A DNA stretch of 64,000 bases from Paramoeba atlantica (Eukaryota > Protista > Discosea), in assembly GCA_977017575.1 (NCBI GenBank), contig CDRNVI010000056.1, positions 372,001 through 436,000 on the forward strand. The letters run 5' to 3'. This document shows positions 10,536-21,885 of the stretch, in pieces. The position numbers were made by a program, and so were the translations under genes. The notes under the pieces are model-generated. The model was not told where the DNA came from. It saw only the letters and a list, made by a program, of their open reading frames with translations, and ran no database searches. The stretch's first letter is position 1; each line of letters begins with the position of its first letter.

Positions 10536-12125
10536 ATGATTCTACAATCTACATCCTGTGCTGACACGTCTGCCTCACGACGTGGTAAAATAGCAAACGT
10601 TGCATTCCCCCCTGAGCTGCAAGTACTGCGGTTCCTCTCAGGTGTGACCAATCCACACAGTTCTTGGGTCCCGTCTGTCCCCCTCGAACTGTGGGGGGGC
10701 GTTGTGGTTGACGGCGACAGAAAACTTTACAGACTCGAATTTATAGACTCGCTCGACCTAGAAGGCACATTGAATTGGCAACATTTTCCAGACATGGTTG
10801 AAAGTTGTAACTACTCGCTTACCATGTAAGCGAGTCCCCCCATACAGCTCTCTCTCTCATTTCGACCTACCTGGCATGCGACGCCCTCCAACGTGGCTAG
10901 CCGACAATGACGGTATGCTACGTCCGGACGGGTGGGTAAAGCTAAGGGACGGGAAAGAGTTCATTATTGAATTAACTTGCCCATGGGAGGAGAATATGCA
11001 GGTCGCGCACGAACGGAAAATGCTGAAATACCACCACCTGTGGCATACGCGAAAAGAAAATCATCCCGAAACATACCTATTCGCCCTAGAGATTGGGGCT
11101 CGCGGAAGTCTCCAAGACTCGGCGAGTAAATTAGACATGCTCTTCTGCGAGGAAATAAAGCTTGCGAAGGAGTGTCGCCAACATTTGGTGACGAGAGCAT
11201 TTAGGGGGAGTTTCACTATATACCAAAATCGGGACCGCGCAAACTGGAACCCCATGGATGTTTGTATTTCGGATGAGTAAACGGGAATAGCCAAACACGT
11301 CGTATGCGTGTACGGGATCATATATTGTGCGATCCCAGGCTATTTGACTTAATCTCTACAGTATAACTGTATGAATCCTTCTTCTTTCCACACAAGTCTG
11401 ACTGGTGCCGTGCAGTGGGGTTCTCTCCCTTCCTGCTTAGTCACACTTGAATTAGCAAACAACAACTTTTCTGGGCCTCTGCCTTCGGGGTCTAATCCCC
11501 TTCCAGAGCGTTTGCATACCTTTGATCTTTATTCAAATCGCTTTTCAGGTCCAGTTGATCTGGAAGCTCTGCCGCAAGAGATCAAGTTATTCTCTTTTTC
11601 CATGAATCGTATAACTGGGGAGCTTGACTTGACCCGACTGCCTCCTGTTCTTGAAACTCTTTATGCTTACGAAAACAATTTGGAAGGTGTCGCCGATCTT
11701 ACATATCTTCCGAAAACAATCGAGGGTTTAGTTTTACGCGGCAATTCTTTTTCTGGAACCATCGATTTAACATGCTTGCCGGCAGGTATGTAAGAATTAG
11801 ATCGCTCTCCGGGGAAGTTTCATAATTTTTCAGCACCGCGAGAACAAACAGTGGATGGAGGTTAGTTCTGGGGAGTGAGTCGCTGACTGTCAGGTGATTT
11901 CAACGCGTTTTGTGCGCGTAATAAGGAACTCCCATATTCACCGTCTAATCTCTGTAGAATATTTTCTACATGATAACGTATATATTCAGCCATAATGAAT
12001 TTTCCGGCGTTGTTCGCTGGGCAGACCTTCCCCCCGCTCTTTACTATATTTATTTAGATGGAAACAAGATTACTGCTGCCGATCCTAACCCTCGTCCAGA
12101 TGCCATAAGAATTTCTCTATGGTAG
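10536..12125 (+). pseudogene. Disrupted LRR-family gene
   Basis: N-terminal cap at 10536-10805 (GKIAN..FPPE, PHSSW), retroelement insert, LRRs at 11353-11793 ending at a premature TAA, then a frameshifted tail (FSHNEFSGVVRWADLPPALYYIYLDGNK) ending at 12125. Confidence 0.8.
10806..11352 (+). mobile_element. 3' fragment of a non-LTR retrotransposon with restriction-like endonuclease (RLE) domain
   Basis: LRPD...IIELTCPWEEN..A.ERK..KY..L...ALEIGARG is the PD-(D/E)xK RLE signature of R2/R4/NeSL/HERO-type elements. Stop at 11280, short 3' UTR; junctions approximate. Confidence 0.8.
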
Positions 12126-12354
12126 CGGTTGTTTTAGTGGGGCGAAGTTCCCGTACAGCATCCATACCCTAAATCATTGGCATGTACCGTTCCTTTTTTG
12201 TGCAACATTTAAGTTTTCACGAGATATGAAATCACGTCTTTAAACTCGTATCATTCTGTTGTAACGGGCAGATGTAAATCTAACTTGCATCATCACATAA
12301 ACTCAATCGAATTCGTTTTTCTTTCGTGCCTTCGTTCTTTCTTTCACCAAACAC

Positions 12355-14739
12355 ATGTCATATACGAATTGGCAGCGCTCCCTGCGCGAACCTATCTTCC
12401 TCCAAAACACAACAAAGAAAAACGTTTACCCCTCCAGCGACACGACGCTTCCCCCCATCGCACCCTATCCTCTATCCTTCAAAAACAAAAGTCGTGCTCC
12501 CTCTTCCTCAAAACAAAATCTTTGTCTACATGTCACAACCCGTGACATTCCTTCACACGCTACGAATCGCTCATCCGTTTCTTCCTCTCCTTCCCCACGG
12601 TCGTGTGTAAAACGTAAATCGTTCTCTCCACAACACAACCCCTCTCGAAATCGAAATTTTAGAAAGTTCGAGAGCATTCAAAAGTTGGCATCCCCCGAGA
12701 CGTGCGACCATGAGATCTTGGCCCCTTCTTCTTCTTCTTCCTCCTCTTCTTTTCGGTCGAATACAAAGTTAAATGTGCGAACCTCTAAAGTCTCTTTAAA
12801 GACTTTAGAGACTTCACTTTCTTTTGTCTCTTTTTTACGTTATGGTCTAAAAGAGTATTCAAAAGGGCTGAAAATGGGAAAAACGTTTTTGAGGAATAAA
12901 GAGACGTCTGGAGTGCACGCTTCTTGGAGCGGTTCCCATTCTTCGCAGCCTTCTTCTTCTTCTTCTTCTTGTGAAAGGGGAAAAGGGATTTCAATGCATG
13001 AAAAGGATCATGTTTTGGTTTTTTCCTATCAAGAGGTCCAAGAGGATTGTAGGATTAATAACCCTAAGGGGAGTGAAACAATTTCGTATACTCAAGAAGG
13101 GGAGAGCAAGAAGGAAAAGAGGGATTTTCAAGAATGGAAGAGCAAGAATGAAAGTGTGGATTTTCTAGAACGCAAGTTCGAAAATGAAAATAGACATTTT
13201 CAAGAAAAAGAACATTTTAACATTCAAAACGCGGAATCTCATGCTGCAGACAATAACCCTCTACCCCCAAAGCTCTCCAAAACCATCGCTTTATGTTCTC
13301 CACAATCCCACAACGCTACGGTTGTAAAAGACGAGGCTAATAGGCCAATTACCTGCTCTCCCTGCACGCCTTTTCATTCTGTAAAGAAGGCATCGAATGT
13401 CGTAAAAAATTCAAAACACAACTCTTCTCTCCTTTCCTTCACCTCTCACGCCCCTGATCTTTTTCAAAAAATCCATCGCCTTTTTGGTTGGGACTTGGAG
13501 GAAATTTGCACTCAACTTTTTCACCCGATTTGGGAAAACACAAAAACACCGGGAAAATCAAAAGCTCGGATTTATTACGCTGGGGCGCACTGGGTAGTAA
13601 AAACGGTGACTGAAAACGAGCAGAGCTTTCTGTGTCGCTTGTTACCACATTATGTACGTTATGTCGAGGCTCATCCGAATACAAGGCTTCCGATATTCGT
13701 TGGGCATTTTTCGGTGAGTTATGATGCAAGTCTTACGAAACATGAAAACGCAAAGTCATTTTTTGGAAGCTTATTCGATAAGAAACTGTGTTGTAATTCA
13801 TCTTGTAGAACAACACGAACCGCGCATGTTGTGGTCATGCGAACGGTTTTTGAATCCAGTCTTCCGCTCTCCTGTGTGTATGATTTAAAAGGAAGTACAA
13901 CCGGTCGAAGCTATGGGGTACGGAAAGACAAAGATGTGGGGATAAAAAAAGAGAGCCACAAAAACTCTCTTTTTGTAACGGAGAATACGAGAATCGGATT
14001 ATCTCCGTCTCATGCCTCTCTTTCTCTTTCTTCCGCTACAGATCTGAACGAAAAAGAATTTTTTCGTAAACCTCGAGATGCATCAACTCTTGCAGCCCTT
14101 CCTTCTTTTTCTGCGCAATCTTTTAAAAAACCTTTCTTTCTAGACGCCCAACTTGCTTCTTCTTCTTTGCCCTCTCCTCCCATGTTTTACGATTCCGATC
14201 TTCTACCCACCATGAAAGTTCATTTAGCTCTCGAAGACAGTGAGCTTGTGATCTCGCAAATCCAAAAGGACTGCAATTTTCTGCAATCGTTTTCGGTCAT
14301 GGATTACAGTCTTCTGTTGGGCGTCAGTCGAATTTTCGATACTCATTCACATTCTTCTTCACAGAAAACAGAGACTGGACCTAAAGAGTTATCGAAAGGA
14401 GAAAATTCTGTTTTGGATAGCACAAAGCGCAGGGCTTCAACCTCCTTTCGAAATTTACGCAATGGCATGAGGGAAAGCGATGTGAATTCTGCTTTGTCTC
14501 ATGCCATGATCAATGGAATTTGCTCCCCTCCACTTCGCTCCAGTGAGGGACATCTCTATTATGAGATCTACTTTTTTCGAATGATTGATGTTTTACAACA
14601 ATATACCCTTCGAAAAAAGTTGGAGCATTTCTTTAGAGGAATGTGCTATGGGTTTCATTCCATCAGTGCAGTTCCGCCGGCCGCGTACGCGAAACGTTTT
14701 CAGAAATTAATGAAGCGTACTTTTGCGTGCCAAACGTGA
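12355..14739 (+). CDS. Phosphatidylinositol phosphate kinase (PIP5K family), 794 aa
   Basis: GKS, VVKT, YDLKGS, D..FL....VMDYSLLLGV, IDVLQQY..RKKLEH and SAVPP..YA.RF motifs; long low-complexity N-terminus. Confidence 0.92.
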   Translation: MSYTNWQRSLREPIFLQNTTKKNVYPSSDTTLPPIAPYPLSFKNKSRAPSSSKQNLCLHVTTRDIPSHATNRSSVSSSPSPRSCVKRKSFSPQHNPSRNRNFRKFESIQKLASPETCDHEILAPSSSSSSSSFRSNTKLNVRTSKVSLKTLETSLSFVSFLRYGLKEYSKGLKMGKTFLRNKETSGVHASWSGSHSSQPSSSSSSCERGKGISMHEKDHVLVFSYQEVQEDCRINNPKGSETISYTQEGESKKEKRDFQEWKSKNESVDFLERKFENENRHFQEKEHFNIQNAESHAADNNPLPPKLSKTIALCSPQSHNATVVKDEANRPITCSPCTPFHSVKKASNVVKNSKHNSSLLSFTSHAPDLFQKIHRLFGWDLEEICTQLFHPIWENTKTPGKSKARIYYAGAHWVVKTVTENEQSFLCRLLPHYVRYVEAHPNTRLPIFVGHFSVSYDASLTKHENAKSFFGSLFDKKLCCNSSCRTTRTAHVVVMRTVFESSLPLSCVYDLKGSTTGRSYGVRKDKDVGIKKESHKNSLFVTENTRIGLSPSHASLSLSSATDLNEKEFFRKPRDASTLAALPSFSAQSFKKPFFLDAQLASSSLPSPPMFYDSDLLPTMKVHLALEDSELVISQIQKDCNFLQSFSVMDYSLLLGVSRIFDTHSHSSSQKTETGPKELSKGENSVLDSTKRRASTSFRNLRNGMRESDVNSALSHAMINGICSPPLRSSEGHLYYEIYFFRMIDVLQQYTLRKKLEHFFRGMCYGFHSISAVPPAAYAKRFQKLMKRTFACQT

Positions 14740-14948
14740 ATTTCACAGATAAACTGTTTATCTAATCTAGATGTATGTTCTCCAGACTGGAAAATACATG
14801 TACAACGCCGACTCTTTTTACATTTCGTATCCGCTTCTTTTCTCTTTCACTTTTGAAAACAAAATACATAACCCTTGTGGTATTTCTGGCCTATTTCAAT
14901 CTTTGTCAAACAGAATTTCGTTTTCTTATTTCTCCATTCGATAGTTAC

Positions 14949-15689
14949 ATGATGGGTTTGGCGTTTCGTTCTTTCTGTGAAGCATTGGATGACTTAAAGC
15001 CCAATAGACTCGAAAGCCGACTAGGTAAGGTGCGAGGCCATTTACCACAAGAATACGAACTCGCACGATTTGTTGAAAATGTTGCAAACCCTAAACCTTC
15101 ATGGCATTCGGCTACCCCTGCGTGTGATTGGGAAGGTGTGTACTGTGATTCGAATTTACAAGTAATGGATATTCGTTGGAGTTATAAAAAAATTGCAGGA
15201 CCATTTCAATGGGACTATCTGTGCCGCACGGTTCTTACCTTTATCTCGCGTGAAAACGATCTTTCAGGGGCTTTGGATTTCTCTAATTTGCCCTTTACAA
15301 TGACGAGACTTCAATTGACAGACAACAACTTTGAGGGATGTGTGGATCTAACTCATTTGCCTTCAACTTTGACACTTTTGTTTTTGAGTCACAATCTTTT
15401 TTCTGGGGAGATTGACCTCACACGTTTACCCTCCACCATGGAACATTTGAGTGTCTCGAACAATCGTTTTACGGGCCCTCTTGACTTACAACATTTGCCT
15501 CCATCTCTCAAGTCTCTCCAGTGTGATTTTAATGATTTCAGCGGCCGAGTAATGTTTGATTCTCTTCCTGTAGGCTTGCACCATCTGACTTTGGGACATA
15601 ATTCTAATCTTCGTGGTGATGGTTCAAAGATCCCGGTCCTCCCTATGGGTGTGGATGTGTCCAGTACAAAGATATCCATGAAACATTAA
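14949..15689 (+). CDS. Leucine-rich repeat protein
   Basis: GKVRGHLPQEYELARF, PKPSW..ACDWEGVYC cap and LRRs. The tracked ORF opens at 14775 (ATG); 14949 is preferred as it matches family N-terminal length. Confidence 0.88.
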   Translation: MMGLAFRSFCEALDDLKPNRLESRLGKVRGHLPQEYELARFVENVANPKPSWHSATPACDWEGVYCDSNLQVMDIRWSYKKIAGPFQWDYLCRTVLTFISRENDLSGALDFSNLPFTMTRLQLTDNNFEGCVDLTHLPSTLTLLFLSHNLFSGEIDLTRLPSTMEHLSVSNNRFTGPLDLQHLPPSLKSLQCDFNDFSGRVMFDSLPVGLHHLTLGHNSNLRGDGSKIPVLPMGVDVSSTKISMKH

Positions 15690-15910
15690 CAGGTACTTAA
15701 GCGCTGAATCCAAAAAGCATACAAAAGATAACGTTACATTTGACAAGTGCTCTTTTAAGCTCTTAAAGAACTTTTTCTCCACTTGTCTTTGTAAACATTT
15801 TTATCATCTTTTACCGTAATATTCGTACATCGCAATATTTAAACATTGTAATATTTATACTTTTTTTAGCGTTTCACTTCTATTCTCTTACTGATTTCAA
15901 TTCTGCCTTC

Positions 15911-16771
15911 ATGATCTTTCCATCATGCCGGCGTTATGATGCTGTCGAGGATTCACATCCTCCTAGGCAACACAATCACATCGGTAAGATACGGGGCTCC
16001 ACCTTACCACAGGAATATGACCTCTCCCGTCTACTCCAAAATTTTGAAATTCTCCATCCCTCATGGAATACGCGAACACCTGCCTGTGAGTGGCAAGGCA
16101 TCACTTGTGGAAGTGACTTTCCACACTTGTGTGTAAGTAACTCACAAGTAGCACAGATTTATTGGAATGAGATGAGTCTTCGAGGGTCTCTTCAATGGGA
16201 TTATCTTCCCCTCTCTGTGCATTCTTTTCACATTGGAAATAACTGGATAACCGGTTCGGTCCCTTTTCACACGCTGCCTTCTCATTTTACCTGTCTTCAG
16301 CTTTTAAACAATCAATTTACGGGTCCTGTCGACTTTGTCCGTCTTCCACAATCGCTACGAAATCTTTGTTTAAATTCTAATTTGTTTTACGGCGAAGCGG
16401 ATTTGACACACTTGCCACCCGGTTTGGTCTCTCTGCAGTTCTCTTCGAATAAATTTTCTGGTACTCTTGATCTTTGCAGTTTGCCACATGGTCTCGCTCT
16501 TCTTGAGCTACGCGACAATGCGCTTTCCGGTCCTCTTGACCTTAGACAGTTGCCCTCCTCTCTTGAAACGTTGAATTGTGAGGCCAATCGTTTCTGTGGT
16601 TTGGTGCAGTTTGATAAACTGCCTAAACAATTGCTCTCCGTATATCTCAGTGAAAACACTGAACTTTGTGGTAAAGTGGACACTTATCCAAGTTCTGGTT
16701 TCCCGTTCGTGTCCGTCAAAAACACAAACATACGCGAGACATTCAGAAACGCGACTTTTGAATTTTTCTGA
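15911..16771 (+). CDS. Leucine-rich repeat protein, 286 aa
   Basis: GKIRGSTLPQEYDLSRL, HPSW..ACEWQGITC cap and about 7 LRRs. Confidence 0.9.
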   Translation: MIFPSCRRYDAVEDSHPPRQHNHIGKIRGSTLPQEYDLSRLLQNFEILHPSWNTRTPACEWQGITCGSDFPHLCVSNSQVAQIYWNEMSLRGSLQWDYLPLSVHSFHIGNNWITGSVPFHTLPSHFTCLQLLNNQFTGPVDFVRLPQSLRNLCLNSNLFYGEADLTHLPPGLVSLQFSSNKFSGTLDLCSLPHGLALLELRDNALSGPLDLRQLPSSLETLNCEANRFCGLVQFDKLPKQLLSVYLSENTELCGKVDTYPSSGFPFVSVKNTNIRETFRNATFEFF

Positions 16772-17205
16772 TTTTCTCCCTTAGTTCACTTTCCTTTCAC
16801 TAATCGACTAAAAAAAGGCAGCTGTAAGTTGGTACAGTATTTCCTGTTTTGGTTGGCATGAGTTTGCATGAATTAGCACAAGGCAGGCACACTGGATGGC
16901 ACCGATTAACAGCACACTCTCCCTAGTTAAAACTAGTCCATAATTTTCCTGTACCCCCGTTTAGTATGTATTATGTACAGTCGCAGCTACTGATCTTGAA
17001 AACGCAGTGGAGTGCAAGTGTTTTTCCGATCGCATGGATATATTTTCCTTGTCCACTCTTTTTTTTCGAGGCTACCATTTTTTATTTCACTCTATGATCA
17101 CGGTTTACGCCCGTGTTGTCTTCCTGTTTTACACTTCGGATGCCCCAAAATCAGATGATTTAATTTGTAATCATTGATTACAAACGAAGCCGCTCTCTTG
17201 CAGGT

Positions 17206-17973
17206 ATGGACAATACATCGCACAGTCGCCCCAGTAAAGTACGAGGAGCTCTTTTACCCTCTGAATACGAACTTACACGCTTTGTATCAAAGATAGAAAA
17301 TCCGCATATTTCTTGGAGCGCATCGACTCCTGCATGCGAGTGGAAAGGAGTCACCTGTGTTGACTCTCGTATTCAAATAGTGGATTGGGGACGTAGCGGT
17401 CTTAAGGGGTCTCTTCTCTTCGAGTGGATGCCCCGTGCATCCCGTTTCTTTTATTTATTTAACAATCAGGTTGGAGATTTTGTTAAACTTGACTCTTTAC
17501 CACCTCAACTGACGTGTCTGGATCTTGATATCAATACATTCAGTGGTTCGATCGATCTGATTCACTTACCCTCCACCTTTCGTACTCTTTCATTGCGTAA
17601 TAATGCATTTGCAGGATCTGTTGATCTTAGTCACTTGCCACCGAATCTGGAGGAATTATATCTTAGCAACAACAATTTAAGTGGTAGAGTCGATCTCGAT
17701 CGTTTGCCTCTGTGCATGATCTCTCTAGATTTGTCCCATAATCGATTCACCGGTTTCCTCTCGCTGGAAAAGCTTCCTCCTTTGCTTGAGTATGCCTTCT
17801 TTGATTGCAATTGTTTTTACGGTCTTGTTCAATTTGAAACCCTTCCTGTGACTTTAGAATCTTTGAGCATCAAAAGTAACTTGGAACTTGTTGGCGAAAT
17901 CAAGAGGCACTCACTTCCCGACAAATTGACAAGTATTGACATCGAAGATACCCAAATAAGTTTAATTCCCTGA
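17206..17973 (+). CDS. Leucine-rich repeat protein, 255 aa
   Basis: SKVRGALLPSEYELTRF, PHISW..ACEWKGVTC cap and LRRs; preceded by TCTCTTGCAG. Confidence 0.9.
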   Translation: MDNTSHSRPSKVRGALLPSEYELTRFVSKIENPHISWSASTPACEWKGVTCVDSRIQIVDWGRSGLKGSLLFEWMPRASRFFYLFNNQVGDFVKLDSLPPQLTCLDLDINTFSGSIDLIHLPSTFRTLSLRNNAFAGSVDLSHLPPNLEELYLSNNNLSGRVDLDRLPLCMISLDLSHNRFTGFLSLEKLPPLLEYAFFDCNCFYGLVQFETLPVTLESLSIKSNLELVGEIKRHSLPDKLTSIDIEDTQISLIP

Positions 17974-19939
17974 ATAAACAAAACAAAGGTCATTATTCTT
18001 TTTTTCTCCTCTTTGCTACTTTTTTCTCGTTATTTTTACCTTACCTACAATTCGGTTTAATATTCCTGTAGCCCGATAACATTCCGGAACAGGTCGTGAT
18101 GTGCCCGGATTATTAATTCCGAACAAGTCTTACAAACGTACAACTCCGTGTTACACGGCTACTCATCATACACCCACCTTAATGGGACGTATCTACGAAC
18201 ACGAACCACTATTTTTTATCAACAATATTTTATCAAATGCCTCCCTTCCGCTTTTCAGCAATAGGGCCCTTGAAATTGAGCCCCACCCCGATGATCTTGG
18301 AAAATACGGTTGTCATGTTCGGAAACTTTCGCTCCGACTGCGCTGGATACGCATTTGCACTTAAACCCCGCGCACACAAGGCGATACAACCAGTACTCTG
18401 GGGGCCCTAGTAGGTGAGACCTCCGGGAAACACCCTATGGCAGCGCTATCTCTCGTTCGACAGTGGGATTAGCCCACTTAGACGTAAAAAATAAATTTTA
18501 CCCGCGATTGGCCAAATACAGTGGTCGTCACTATTCTCAGAATCCGTAATTGAACATTGACAGGATTTTTTTATTCTCATTCTCAGTTTCGCGACCATTC
18601 TCATTTTCGCGTTGATTTTGCCGTTTTTGAACGTTGACAAGAAATAGAAAAAAATCGGAAAAAAAAATCTTTTTTTTTATTTCCATCTTTTTGTTCCTTG
18701 CTTATTAACGAATCCTCTAAATTATATTTTTCCACATGGTCGTAACGAACTATAGAAAGCTTGCAATCATGAAGAAGGTTCAGGTGATGCCTGATGACAC
18801 TCTCCTGGAAAAAATTACTTCTGCTCGGTCCGAGCGCAAGGTCGAAACACCTGTATCGACCTTGTTTTGATGGTTTCAAACCGAAGAGCCATCCGTATGG
18901 CGGACCCTAGGAAAAATCACACGCGAGACCGGAGTGCTACGAATTCCTTGGAAGATGTAGTAGCCAGTTGAATGCAAAATCAACACGAGTTCACCAAGAA
19001 GTCCCGAAAGCGCTTCATCATTAGTGCTACTGGTGATCGCTCTGGGGATAGTAGTCGTTCCAACGCTCTTGATTGTTGGATACGTCGAATACTGAAAATA
19101 GTTCTCATGTAATGTACATAGAAAACATATTTACTCAATCTATATAATGTTGCCTATTTAATAACACCCGTGCATTCCTCTCTCATTCCACAACCCTCAT
19201 AACAAATTCATATCGAAAAGTTGGATCCCTATTTACTCAGCATATCCTTTCACACACCTACCTCCACACATCCTATAACTTACGACTGGGATATCAAAAG
19301 TTTCGCGTCGCACGTCCCGCCCGCGACGTCCTCGCCCGCGACCCCGTGCTGCATACGTCGAGACGGGAGGCTGGCGTATATAATTCACATTTGGCTCACG
19401 CCGTCCTCTCCCGTACTCGATACTACGGCGCAACATGTTTCCAAGGCCGTCATTAGGATCTCGCGCATTTCGGTAGTGTACTCCCCTTATAATTGCGGTG
19501 GTTGTAAAACTACCGCTCTACCCTCGATTATTGAAAAAAAGGTGAACAAAAACAGTGAAAATAAAAAAGTAAATATAAAGAGTAACACAGTAATAAAGTA
19601 ATAATAGAAGAAAAATTTATAAAAGGGGGCCCCGGTGGTCCAAAATTGAAAACACTGGGGGGTCTAGGGGTAGCCGGGGTCTTGGCGCGTATTTTCCACC
19701 CCCCTACCCGGGGGTGACCCCCCCCGCGTATCCGCAGGACGGGCCCGCCAAGTGCGGATTTTCTCAGAAAAAACATTTTGAAAAAAAAGTCAACTTGGCG
19801 AAAAAGATAGCAAAAAAAATATTTTTCCAAAATCGTTTCCCCTATTGTATTTTTATAGTTTGGGACTTATACTAGCTTTCTGCGCAGTTGTTTTCGCAGG
19901 CTATCTCTTCTTCGAGCCGTGGTATGCCCGCGAAAATGG

Positions 19940-20301
19940 CCCATTTTTGATTAAAAAAGGTGAAAAGGTATTTTTCGGACCCCAAGGGGCCTTTTTGTGT
20001 TGAAAGAATGGTGTGGTTGGAGTCGCATTCTCTACCCATTACGTTTGGTGGGCTTTCATTCATACCTGCAAGTGATTTCCCATACGCAAATGTCGGATTT
20101 AGTGCTCTGAGAGCAAAACTAGCTAAAATTGGCCCCATTTTTATCCGACAATCGGCTATTTTTGGCTATAATGTTTCCGTTTTCTTGAGCTTTCCAGGCC
20201 AAATTTTCTTTTTTAGGCTCTTCGTTAAACGCGGTGATAGTTTTCAACGCGAAGAGCGCAGCACGAGTGACTTCTAAGTTGAAAACAACCACCGCGTTTA
20301 A
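19940..20301 (+). repeat. Hairpin-ended dispersed repeat, copy 3
   Basis: Arm 20211-20248, 29-nt loop, truncated arm 20278-20301; body is the inverted homolog of 1980-2230. Confidence 0.75.
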
Positions 20302-20340
20302 TTAATTTTTATAAATGGGTCATTTAGGGGCATTTATAAA

Positions 20341-20547
20341 AACCCAGATTGAAGGAGGCGAGGGAGATACGAAGCAACAGGCGTGGCAGATTCCCACTGA
20401 AAAGAAATGGTATATCCCTGCACGAAGTTTGCCTCCGAGCTAGCAAGCGCAAAGGCTTTTCTCGTGCGGGGAGATACCATTTCTTTTCAGTGGGAATCTG
20501 CCACGCCTGTTGCTTCGTATCTCCCTCGCCCCTTTCAATCTGGGTTA
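20341..20547. mobile_element. Foldback element / long-TIR MITE, copy B
   Basis: 85-bp arms 20341-20425 and 20462-20546 with 4 mismatches and a 36-nt loop; the right end reads CTGGGT|TA. Confidence 0.8.
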
Positions 20548-20589
20548 TCTACAAGCTGGTCGCCCTTCCACAACATGGCCAGCTGGCTT

Positions 20590-21365
20590 GTGTGCAGATG
20601 GCCACTGCAGCTACATTGCATTACTGCAGTCACTTCCTCACGTGGCAGTGCACTTACTCTCGCACGTGCCACTGCAGCTACACTACAGTCACTGACTCTC
20701 TCGCGCGCCACTGCATCTACACTGTGTTCACTGTCTCACGTGGAAGTAGGCTTACTCGCGCACGTGCCACTGCATCTACACTGCGTTCACTGCCTCACGT
20801 GGCAGTACTCTGTCACTTACCACTGTACTTACAGTGGTAGTGCACGTACTCTTGCACGTGCCACTGCAGCTGCAATGCATCACTGCAGTCACTTCACGCG
20901 GCAGTGCAGCTGCATTGCATCAATACAGTCACTGCCTCACGTCGCAGTACACTTACTCTCTCACGTGCCACTGAAGCTACACTGCAGTCACTGACTCTCG
21001 CACGTGCCACTGCATCTACACTGCGTTCGCTTCCTCACGTGGCAGTAGACGTACTCGCGCACGTGCCACTGCAGCTACACTGCGTTCTCTGCCTTACGTG
21101 GCAGTACACTTACTCTCTCACGCGCCACTGCAGATCCACTGCATCAATACAGTCACTGCCTCACGTGGCAGTACACTTACTCTCTCAAGTGCCACTGCAG
21201 CTACACTGCATTACTGCAGGCACTTCCTCACGTGGCAGTGCACTTACTCTCGCACGTGCCACTGCAGCTACACTGCAGTCACTGCCTCTCTCACGCGCCA
21301 CTGCGTCTACACTGTGTTCACTGCCTCACGTGGCAGTACACTTACTCTCTCAAGGGCACTGTATC
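20590..21365. repeat. Complex minisatellite built from CACGTG/CTGCAG-containing modules
   Basis: Alternating modules such as CACTGCCTCACGTGGCAGTACACTTACTCTC and GTGCCACTGCAGCTACACTGCAGTCACTG. Confidence 0.85.
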
Positions 21366-21885
21366 TGCACACTACCACTCGGACCTGCTCATTATTTTTC
21401 TCTCTATATATATACAAAATGCAAACCGTGTTTTTGGTGGCCAGCTGGCCACTTTTTCGAGAAAAAAAATTCTGAAAAAAAAAATTTGTTCTGAATATGT
21501 TTTTTGCGATCTTGAGCAAATAATTTTTCTTGCGATTTTTTTAGTAAAATGTCGATGTCGGGAATCGAACCGCGGACGTCCAGCGTCAAAATGGAACCCC
21601 TTTACCAACTGGACTACTCAAAGGACGCTCCTTAATCAACCAGTTTGTCGTATCGCAGGCCTTTGCACACGCACCTTTTTTTGCCAAAGGTGTTCTAAAA
21701 TTTGGGAAATAAGGTTGTTTTAGATGATTTTTAGAGTATTGAAGAGTTCATCTAATGACCTACTGCTCTGTTTCGGAATTTTGAAAAAACTCGATCTTAT
21801 GCTTCTTTGATGATCTTTTTCAATTTTTGGAATTAACCTTAGTAAGCGAGTTAGATACTCCATATCTCCCTCAATATATTATTTA

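Noticed and set aside
10790-11360. Target-site duplication around the RLE fragment
   Set aside because: The flanks (GTTGAAAGTT vs TTTGACTTAATCT) share no convincing direct repeat; junctions remain approximate.
18060-19220. Possible decayed gene or retroelement downstream of the 17206 LRR gene
   Set aside because: Short broken frames with no motif I could recognise.
20349-21723. His/Cys-rich ORFs over the minisatellite
   Set aside because: Open in several frames at once because the repeat lacks stops; no evidence of a coding frame.
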